A DNA stretch of 63,963 bases, counting the filler, from Barthelona sp. PAP020 (Eukaryota), in NCBI GenBank assembly GCA_040182905.1. It is 4 parts of 4 records of this genome, joined end to end, with 100 filler letters (N's around TTAATTAATTAA, not from the genome) between each part and the next. Parts side by side here need not be neighbours in the genome. Positions count along the whole stretch, not along the records: positions 36,439 to 54,487 come from JARQWU010000232.1; positions 54,588 to 63,963 come from JARQWU010000427.1; 2 more parts are not named here. The stretch is one strand, 5' to 3'. A program made the position numbers and the translations under genes. The notes below the pieces were generated by a model. The model had not been told where the DNA came from, made no database searches, and was given only the letters and a program-made list of their open reading frames with translations. Shown in pieces: positions 52,292 through 60,622 of the stretch. Numbering within the stretch: position 1 is the first letter of the stretch; every line of letters starts with the position of its first letter.

Positions 52292-54487
52292 CTAATCATC
52301 ATTGTCATCACTGTTATCACTATCATCATCTTCTATCTCTTCATCAATATGCTGACGCATATTGCCACCATTCCTTTCATTGATGTCAATCAAATCCCAA
52401 CATAAGTTGATTGACATATCAAAATCTCTTTGATTCATGTAAACTCCAGCACTGACAAATTCTCGGATGATGACACTGTCTACCTTCATTGCAACAAGTG
52501 TTGATAAAAGATAGCCCTCATTCTTTACCAATTCAATCAACTCGGATTTGGACAAATGTTCAAATTTCAAATCAACAGGCTCGCCACTCTTCAATTTTTG
52601 TTTTAAATTGGGACAGCTCAAAATGCTGTATTTGTTCTTTTTCCATTGTTCATCACTTGTATACAATCTGTTGAAAAATAGCAGCATATCTTCACCATAT
52701 AGGTTTATTTCGGGACAATCTAGAAGCATCTTGGCAATATCAAGATAACCATAATAACAACTGACATACAATGGAGAATATCCCCCGTGCCTACACAAAT
52801 TAACATCAGCTCCATAATCCAAGAGCATTCTGGCAACATCAAGGTGACCATTTTGACAACTGACGTACAATGGAGAACTACCATCATTAGGAAACAAATT
52901 AACATCAGCGCCATGATCCAAGAGCATTTTGGCAACATCAAGATGACCATTTTGACAACTAATGTACAATGGAGAAGTGCCATTGTTTTTACACAAATTA
53001 AAATCAGCGTCATGATCCAAAAGCATTTTGGCAACATCAAGATGACCATTTTGACAACTAATGTACAATGGAGAAGTGCCATTGTTTTTACACAAATTAA
53101 AATCAGCGTCATGATCCAAGAGCATTTTGGCAACATCAAGATGACCATTTTGACAACTGACGTACAATGGAGAACTACCATCATTTGGAAACAAATTAAC
53201 ATCAGCGTCATGATCCAAGAGCATTTTGGCAACATCAAGATGACCTTGTTCACAACTGATGTACAATGAAGAAGCACCATTATTCTTACACAAATTAACA
53301 TCAGCGCCATGATCCAAAACCATTCTGGCAATATCAAGATGGCCATTTTGACAACTAATGTACAATGGAGAAGCACCGTCATTCATACACAAATTAACAT
53401 CAGCGCCATGATCCAAAACCATTCTAGCAACATCAAGATGACCATTTTGACAACTGATGTACAATGAACAAGCACCATTATTCTTACACAAATTAACATC
53501 AGCGCCATGATCCAAAACCATTCTGGCAACATTAAGATGGCCATTTTGACAACTAATGTACAATGAAGAAGCACCATTATTATTGCACAAATTAATATCA
53601 GCTCCATGATCTAAGAGCATTCTGGCAACATCAAAATGACCTTCTTTACAACTGACATACAATGGAGAAAATCCACCATCCCTACACAAATTAACATCAG
53701 CCCCATGATCCAAGAGCATTTCGGCAACATCAAGATGACCATTTTGACAACTGATGCACAATGGAGAAAATCCACCATCCCTACACAAATTTACATCTGC
53801 TCCATGATCCAAGAGCATTTTGGCGACATCAAAATGACCTTGTTGACAACTGATGTACAATGGAGAAGCACCATCATTCTTACACGAATTAACATCAGCG
53901 CCATGATTCAAAAGCATTCTGGCAACATCAAGATGGCCTTTTTGACAACTGATGTACAATGGAGAAAAACCATCATTATCACACAAATTAACATCAGCTC
54001 TATGATCCAAGAGCATTTTGGCGACATCAAGATGATCTTGATGACAACTGATGTACAATGGAGAAACACCATCGTTTACACACAAATTAACATCAGCTCC
54101 ATGATCCAAGAGCATTCTGGCAACATCAAGATGACCATTATAACAACTGATGTATAATGGAGAAGCATTATCATACATACTCAAATGAACATCAGCGCCA
54201 AAATCCAACAAAAACTCAACAACTTCTAATTGCCCATAAAAAGCAGCTCCAAACAATGTTGTTCTTCCTTCCTTACCCTGTTTGTTCACATCAACGCCAG
54301 CTTTGATACACTGCTTGATAAGCTCAAGATTACCATAAAAAGCTGCATAATATATCTTCTTTGGACGACCATTATCTTCAAATCCATCCACATCGAACCC
54401 ATCTGGAACAACAACTTGATCCATATTATACTTAACATAAGGATCAGTTTCCTCAACTGCAGTGTTAACAATCATTGTCGGCAAAAA
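52292..54487 (-). CDS. ~17 ankyrin repeats + conserved unknown C-terminal module (probably 5'-truncated; kinase may lie upstream)
   Basis: Near-identical 99-bp ANK units. PYVKYNMDQVVVPDGF linker is shared with the kinase-ANK gene; tail is shared with the ORFs at 1 and 55535. Confidence 0.92.
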   Translation of the reverse strand, partial: FLPTMIVNTAVEETDPYVKYNMDQVVVPDGFDVDGFEDNGRPKKIYYAAFYGNLELIKQCIKAGVDVNKQGKEGRTTLFGAAFYGQLEVVEFLLDFGADVHLSMYDNASPLYISCYNGHLDVARMLLDHGADVNLCVNDGVSPLYISCHQDHLDVAKMLLDHRADVNLCDNDGFSPLYISCQKGHLDVARMLLNHGADVNSCKNDGASPLYISCQQGHFDVAKMLLDHGADVNLCRDGGFSPLCISCQNGHLDVAEMLLDHGADVNLCRDGGFSPLYVSCKEGHFDVARMLLDHGADINLCNNNGASSLYISCQNGHLNVARMVLDHGADVNLCKNNGACSLYISCQNGHLDVARMVLDHGADVNLCMNDGASPLYISCQNGHLDIARMVLDHGADVNLCKNNGASSLYISCEQGHLDVAKMLLDHDADVNLFPNDGSSPLYVSCQNGHLDVAKMLLDHDADFNLCKNNGTSPLYISCQNGHLDVAKMLLDHDADFNLCKNNGTSPLYISCQNGHLDVAKMLLDHGADVNLFPNDGSSPLYVSCQNGHLDVARMLLDYGADVNLCRHGGYSPLYVSCYYGYLDIAKMLLDCPEINLYGEDMLLFFNRLYTSDEQWKKNKYSILSCPNLKQKLKSGEPVDLKFEHLSKSELIELVKNEGYLLSTLVAMKVDSVIIREFVSAGVYMNQRDFDMSINLCWDLIDINERNGGNMRQHIDEEIEDDDSDNSDDNDD

Positions 54488-54587
54488 NNNNNNNNNNNNN
54501 NNNNNNNNNNNNNNNNNNNNNNNNNNNNNNNTTAATTAATTAANNNNNNNNNNNNNNNNNNNNNNNNNNNNNNNNNNNNNNNNNNNN
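54488..54587. other. Artificial contig spacer
   Basis: N44-TTAATTAATTAA-N44. Confidence 0.98.
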
Positions 54588-54887
54588 TAATGTAAAGGAA
54601 TCTGGTTTATTTTATTAACTAACGAATCAAATAATCCTGAGTACCAGCATCTCGGAATTTAAGGAATAACAAAAGGGGAAAAGTTCCCTCGGAAAAATAA
54701 AACTCACGATTGCTAAGAGGTGCGGTCCTTTAGAAAACAAAATTCTTATTGTTTTGATCTCCTCTTTTTCAGTTTTAGAATTTTCATTCTTTTGGGATTA
54801 CTAGCTTTAGATGCAGGAGTATCTTGGGTTAGTTCTTCCTTTGCGTCCTCTTTCGGTCAAATTTTTGTTGTTGCCTGATTAATTGAT

Positions 54888-55098
54888 AACAAATGCTTAT
54901 AAAGACCTTTATTGTTCGCGGTCAGAGTTTGGGGTACTTGCAACTGTATCCTTTGTATCATGAATCATTTGATTCTTTGCTGTCATTTCACTTTCAATTT
55001 TGATATCTATTAATATCAGAAATTGCAAAAAAAAACTTTAAACACATTTGTATTATCTTTCACGTGAAATTTGTTGGCTTTGCTACGAACACAAAATA
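54888..55098. repeat. Dispersed repeat family A copy
   Basis: aaatgcttataaagacctttattgttcgcggtcagagtttggggtacttgcaact, then module 2 ending ctttgctacgaacacaaa. Confidence 0.85.
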
Positions 55099-55534
55099 AC
55101 TCTTTGACAAAGAATGTAACTGACAACCAGAAGGATCTAAATGCAAAATAAACGTGTTGTAAATGTAAAAAACAATATTCTACTTTATTTTAAACAATTT
55201 TTTTCAAAGAATTGGTGTTCTTTCTACTTGTATTATGTGATTTCGTAGCTTTAGTACCCATTAAAATGTAAAGTTAAAAACAAACAATTGAAAGTGTATG
55301 TGGTGTCTTTGTATGAAATTCATTTCTAGCCGTACACGCATCTTTTCTTCTATCGTCTTCAAATGGTTTCTTTTTTCAATTTTTTTCGAAAATTTGCCAA
55401 AAAAAAAAAGAAAAATCCTCTTTAATTTTCATAAATATTAATGAAAGAAGTGATATTTTCTTTTTTTGCTGAACACTGGATTTTAAAAAATTAAATATGC
55501 GGTTTCCTACAATTCACACAATAAAAATCTCCAC

Positions 55535-56752
55535 TCAAGCATCCTCTTCATCACCATCACTGTCACTGTCAGAAATATGTTCTCCCATAAATTCAAATAG
55601 GTTACCTCCATTTGTATTGTTTAAGTCAACCAAATCCCAGCATTTATCAACCACTATGCTGCATTCTTCCTTGTTTATGTGGATTCCAGCTGCTACCAAT
55701 TGTCTAATAGTTTGGGTATCCATGTTCAGACCAGCTACAAGATTCAATAACACATAGCCACCATTCTTTGACAATTCAATGAGTTCGGACTGATGTGAAG
55801 GATCATACAAATGCATAATTGAATAAATTTTTACTGTATTATCGGTGCATCTTCCACATACGAATTGTTTCTTATCTGGAGACAGAGTGCTGGAGAAGAA
55901 ACAATCGTCACAACCACAAAACACCTTTTGAATCTCCTGAAAACTATCAACATTGTATAGAGTAATGAAGCCATCACCAGACATAATAAGTAGAATATTT
56001 GAAGTAAGAAAATGAAGAGACCATACTTCACCATCCATATAAAATGTGTGAATAAGTGATCCGTCATCCATGTTCCAAAGTTTGACTTTCTCTGATACAT
56101 CGCCAACAGCAATAATTTGTTGAGTTGGGTGGAAATCAACAGCATGCCCAACTCCATCTTGGTCAAATGAACGAATAACCGAGAAATTTTCACAGTCAAC
56201 TAATTTAGCAGTGTAATCTTGACTAGTAGTCAACAAATAATTTCCATTAAATGAAAGTTTAAATCTCCAAACAATATCTGAGTGAATTTTTGATTCACAA
56301 ACAACTATTCCTTTCTTTATGTCCCATTTTTTTAAATTCATACCGCTATTAAAATAAAGATAACAACAACAACGAGAAAAACAGACTGTCTGAGTATCAA
56401 TATTATTTTGAATGATGGTTAAAATTGAAAAGTTTTGAAGACTGTAGAGAACAATAGAAATTGGACAAGCGACAGCTAGCATTTTTCCATCATGAGAAAA
56501 GGAAATGTCTGAATTATCATATTCCTGAAAAGGTTCCAAAATTGTTTTTAATTTTCGGATTTCCATATCAACTATAAATAGTTTATCATAAACACAAAGA
56601 ACCAAATATTTACTATCAATAGAATATTTACAACAATACAGATCCTCTGAAATAACTCCTCGAATTTCTTTCACATTATCTTCATTTATTTTTAAAGGAA
56701 ATAAATCACCAATATTTTTTGCTATCGATTTTTCATTTGATTCAACAGACAT
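55535..56752 (-). CDS. WD40 propeller + the same conserved C-terminal module as the ankyrin proteins
   Basis: WD40 blades (LKKWD, VKLWN); C-terminal SELIELSKNGGY...CWDLVDLNNTNGGNL plus acidic tail. Confidence 0.9.
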   Translation of the reverse strand: MSVESNEKSIAKNIGDLFPLKINEDNVKEIRGVISEDLYCCKYSIDSKYLVLCVYDKLFIVDMEIRKLKTILEPFQEYDNSDISFSHDGKMLAVACPISIVLYSLQNFSILTIIQNNIDTQTVCFSRCCCYLYFNSGMNLKKWDIKKGIVVCESKIHSDIVWRFKLSFNGNYLLTTSQDYTAKLVDCENFSVIRSFDQDGVGHAVDFHPTQQIIAVGDVSEKVKLWNMDDGSLIHTFYMDGEVWSLHFLTSNILLIMSGDGFITLYNVDSFQEIQKVFCGCDDCFFSSTLSPDKKQFVCGRCTDNTVKIYSIMHLYDPSHQSELIELSKNGGYVLLNLVAGLNMDTQTIRQLVAAGIHINKEECSIVVDKCWDLVDLNNTNGGNLFEFMGEHISDSDSDGDEEDA

Positions 56753-57451
56753 ACAAAAGGATTTCCAAAAATAAAAAAAGACATTTATTCAAGAAATGCA
56801 TTAATGGCGAAAGAAAGCCTCTAGCTTACAATAAATATTTTGTCACACTGCAAATTTATCATAATTAATGTTTTTTAAAATGTGTTTTGAATTTTTAAGT
56901 AATTTTCTCCTATTCAAAAGCAAATTTTTTGGATTACAAATATATTTGTTCATCCATCATTATTTTGACAAAAGAACGTATTTTTACACTATTTAGTTAT
57001 TGTGAAGCCTTGTTTTAAGATAAAATGAATGAATGGTTCATTTTTATTTCTTGCATTTACTAAAACTTTCTTTTCACTATCTTTTCGAACTCAATTTTTG
57101 AAATTAGTAAATTTTACTGCATCCTTTTATTTACTTTTAACAAAACCAGCAAGAGTCAATAATCCTTCAATTCTCTTATTTAATCATTCATATGCAAGCA
57201 TTTTCAACTTTTGAATAATGTAAAAGTAAAAATTTTTTAGGTTTAACAAAAATATATTTTGGCTGTTTGAAATATCTAAAAACATTTCACACACTGCTCT
57301 CTTTAGAATTTATTGGAATAGATGAAGTTAATAGCAATCACAGAAACGACATGATTGAACGTGAGCATAAGGATATTTCGAGTTTCAAGTATACACAAAG
57401 AAGCCTTGATTTGACAGATATGAGCAATTATTTTAAGCAAAAAAACAATAT

Positions 57452-57548
57452 AAATGGGTTTAAAGTTTCTTGTTGTAATTTCTGATATTAATGAATACTA
57501 AGTGAAATGAAAGCAAAGAATCAAATTATTCATGATACAAAGGATACA
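57452..57548. repeat. Family A fragment, inverted relative to 54945-55049
   Basis: Reverse complement tgtatcctttgtatcatgaataatttgattctttgctttcatttcactt matches 54945-54993 with 2 mismatches. Confidence 0.85.
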
Positions 57549-58014
57549 AGTGGACATAGTATGTTAGCAAAGAATTACAAGGCTTCATCAAGGAAACCCA
57601 TAGAAGAACAATCAAAATTTTATTGGCAAGAAGGGAAAAGATTTTAAAACTTTTATTTGGATAATCGCCCCATCCACACCTAAAGTATTTCTTTTCATAA
57701 ATTTAAAAGACTTTTATTTTTATGTTAACCCATCACGTTGGGGTTTGGTATAGTTAGAAGTTTTCGATGACGAAGATTTTGGGATGTTCGACGCCTAAAA
57801 AAAAAGAATGCGACCTAAAGGATTAAATTCAGCATTCTTGAAGTAAAGAATTGTTCTTGTTGACGTTATCTCTATGTTTGGAGTCTTATCTGGAATTTCT
57901 TTGACTTTTGCCGAACTCTCCGAGTAAGAGTAATGCTTGTATCTTAACTACTGTCCTATATGTGGGTTGTACATGTCTTATTTATGAAAATGTTTGTAAA
58001 ATCTTTACATCTTA

Positions 58015-58137
58015 TTTTTTTTTTTAAGAGTGTTCTGAACCTTCCACACAAAACGACTCAGTTGCAAGTATCCCCAAACTCTACCGAGAACAATAAAAAT
58101 CTTTATAAACATTTATTATTATTGTCCTGTGAATTCT
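58015..58137. repeat. Dispersed repeat family A copy downstream of tRNA-Gly
   Basis: Matches 50722-50835. Confidence 0.88.
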
Positions 58138-58288
58138 TTTTATAAAGGGCATTTAGTTCACGAACTAAACTCAGATCAAGAATTGATAAACACTAACTAG
58201 CCAACCTTCTCATCCTATAATCCTTGTAAAAGCTTTTAATTTTGCCTTTTTGTCCAAAGTCTATTGAAAAGAAAATTACAATTCTAGA

Positions 58289-58297
58289 GACTCGATC
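58289..58297 (-). promoter_or_regulatory. Extra B-box-like motif GATCGAGTC downstream of tRNA-Gly
   Basis: Same 9-mer and offset (within 1 nt) as at tRNA-Val. Confidence 0.55.
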
Positions 58298-58325
58298 CTT
58301 ATCGTTTAAATAATTTTTCAAAATT

Positions 58326-58396
58326 TGCGGTATCCGGGAATCGAACCCGGTTCCCCAGCTTGGAAGGCTAGTATTCTACCAGTAGACCAATACCGC
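58326..58396 (-). tRNA. trnG: tRNA-Gly(TCC)
   Basis: GCGGTAT...CTAGC-CTTCCAA-GCTGG-GGAA-CCGGG-TTCGATT-CCCGG-ATACCGC-A, followed by a T-tract. Confidence 0.95.
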
Positions 58397-58579
58397 GACA
58401 TTTATCATATATTAATTAAAATGAATAATTACTAAAGTTTTGCAATCACATGCATTTCTTCAATCCAACATCAGCTTCTTGATTTTAAGACAACCAACAT
58501 TCAATATGAATAAAAATTTAAAGATAGAAACCGAAATTTGAAAATTTGTTAAAAGATAAAAAACAAAATCTGTTTGAAT

Positions 58580-60508
58580 TTACACATTTTTCACATCAAA
58601 ATATTCACACAAATCCACATAAGCCTTGTTACTTAACCTTATTTTGGGATTGTTTTCAACAAATTGCTTGATTTCTATCAGGTCTACTTCAACATCTATC
58701 AATCCTTGGTTGGAAATGTTTAACAATCCCAAAGTGACATTCGATAGTGTTTTATTTCCTCCTTTTTCCTGCAATTTCTTCAGCATATGGAATATTTCTT
58801 GCTGATGATCCAAATCCTGTTCAAAACAATCAACAATATTAGCAAATACTCTAGCTAATTGAAATCTCATCTTTTCATTGAATTTTGTTTGTGATTTTGG
58901 CAATTGATCAAGTTCAAAAATTTGCCTGCATAATTCAAACAAATTCTTTTTTAATGGATCTCTTGTTTCAAATGTTATTAAATAATCTCCAATACTTCTA
59001 ATCCAATCATATAAAGTGATAGGAAGTAATTTTGCATCTTTAAATAAAAAATGGAAATCTGTATTGAGGAAGGGATATCCATTCTTCCAAAGATGAGATA
59101 AACACAAACAAAAGGATAATTTTTGGTCCATTTCCAACGTTTTTGGTAATAACTGACATTGAATATAATCAAATTCCTTCATTATTGCTAAACAATTGAC
59201 AAAATAAGCCTGGATTGTATCTATGGTTTCGTAAAAACACTGTTTCTTTACCAATTGAATTAAAGATTCTTTTTCATCAACATTTTCAATAACAGAACTG
59301 ATTATTTTAGCACTGTTTAATCGGTTATTTTCATTTTCTATTTTGACATCTCTTAGATGTTTGATGATTATTGGAGTAAGAAATTCATATTTTGACAGTA
59401 GCAAAACCAATATATTTTCCGGAAATGTTGTAAGCAAAGATAGCAATTCGATTTCAAATTTCTGAAAATTTGCCAGAACATCTAAAAATTGTTCAAAAAT
59501 GGAAGACGAAAATACGGCATCTTTTAATTGAATATTTGTCAATGGAGTAGTTAAAAAGCTTTCCAAAGTGTACAACAGATATGATGTTAACGATTGAAGA
59601 TAAATAGAGTCAAAAGTTTTCAGCAAAAGCTTCATAATTTTCTCAACAATCTTCACATACAAACTTTCATGCATATCAAAGCATTCACCATTAATTTTCT
59701 TGTAATGAATGTTAGCAGATAACGTAACTAATCCAGATAATGCCTTATTACCCAAAAAATTGAAATCACTGTCAGGTAATGGTCGGGATAACACACGAAC
59801 AAAACATTGATGTACATACTGAATTGATATACCCAACTTGTATGAAAAGGATACATACGAATCTCCAATCGAAAGTGAAGCAGGAAATACAGTTTTACTT
59901 GACCGGGAAAAAACCCTTTTCAAAGCAGTCAGAGCAGAACTACGCACAGGAATATACTTATCATATAAAGCTAATGTCGCCAAATTGGGTCGAAGAGGCG
60001 TTTTGCTTATAGCAGGTTCTGTTGGTAATATAGTATATGAATCTCCAGTCAACCAAAATCTTTGAGTTCTGGAGGGATAATAACTTGAAATTATTCCCAA
60101 AAAATTTACACATGACTTTCGTAATTCCATACCCATAATTTCTTCATGATTATTTTCAAACTCTTCAGTTTCTAATAGTTCCCACCTCTTTTCCCATCTA
60201 GTGTCAAAAAATGAATATTCAAGCAAAATTTTGAAGATATACCGAAAATCTTCATTAGTAAAGGTAATACCTACCGTTTCATCTTCCTCTTCAAAGAATT
60301 CACGATACTTTTCAACCATATTTCGTTGAAAAAATCTCATCATTGATTCTGGTGTTTCTAAACATTTTATAAGCATATCTTTCCTTTTTATAGCTTCTGA
60401 TTCTTTATTTGAAAAAGATGTTTTGTTGAAAGAATTCTTTTTTGGTGCATTTTTTGTTTTCTGAGGCGTAAATTCTTTAAAATTATTATTCTTATGTTTC
60501 GAATTCAT
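58580..60508 (-). CDS. HEATR6/DUF4042-like HEAT-repeat protein
   Basis: LATLALYDKYIPVRSSALTAL...SFSYKLGISIQYVHQCF...LVTLSANIHY resembles DUF4042; ATG at 60508. Confidence 0.65.
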   Translation of the reverse strand: MNSKHKNNNFKEFTPQKTKNAPKKNSFNKTSFSNKESEAIKRKDMLIKCLETPESMMRFFQRNMVEKYREFFEEEDETVGITFTNEDFRYIFKILLEYSFFDTRWEKRWELLETEEFENNHEEIMGMELRKSCVNFLGIISSYYPSRTQRFWLTGDSYTILPTEPAISKTPLRPNLATLALYDKYIPVRSSALTALKRVFSRSSKTVFPASLSIGDSYVSFSYKLGISIQYVHQCFVRVLSRPLPDSDFNFLGNKALSGLVTLSANIHYKKINGECFDMHESLYVKIVEKIMKLLLKTFDSIYLQSLTSYLLYTLESFLTTPLTNIQLKDAVFSSSIFEQFLDVLANFQKFEIELLSLLTTFPENILVLLLSKYEFLTPIIIKHLRDVKIENENNRLNSAKIISSVIENVDEKESLIQLVKKQCFYETIDTIQAYFVNCLAIMKEFDYIQCQLLPKTLEMDQKLSFCLCLSHLWKNGYPFLNTDFHFLFKDAKLLPITLYDWIRSIGDYLITFETRDPLKKNLFELCRQIFELDQLPKSQTKFNEKMRFQLARVFANIVDCFEQDLDHQQEIFHMLKKLQEKGGNKTLSNVTLGLLNISNQGLIDVEVDLIEIKQFVENNPKIRLSNKAYVDLCEYFDVKNV

Positions 60509-60622
60509 TATGTAAATTACATTACTATCAATCAATTATGAAAAATAAAAAAAATTGTTGATTTTTACATCTACAATCAATTCAACCTTTATCCAATTTT
60601 TATCATTTTCAACTTTAATTTA

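Noticed and set aside
36779..54157. Repetitive alternative-frame and antisense ORFs (MIQEHFGNIKMT..., MLPKCSWIMALM...)
   Set aside because: Shadows of the 99-bp ankyrin repeats with no independent coding evidence.
18171..54587. Three TTAATTAATTAA palindromes within N-runs, and the ~18-kb segments as possible nanochromosomes or a biological periodicity
   Set aside because: Identical 100-nt synthetic spacers. Segment sizes (>=18170, 18068, 18049) fit length-sorted contigs, and no telomeric repeats are present.
26505..56752. A physically clustered defence island (Piwi next to kinase-ANK, ANK next to WD40-tail)
   Set aside because: These adjacencies cross artificial spacers. Only kinase-WD40/Piwi, and kinase-ANK/Schlafen-STAND/ANK-tail, truly share contigs.
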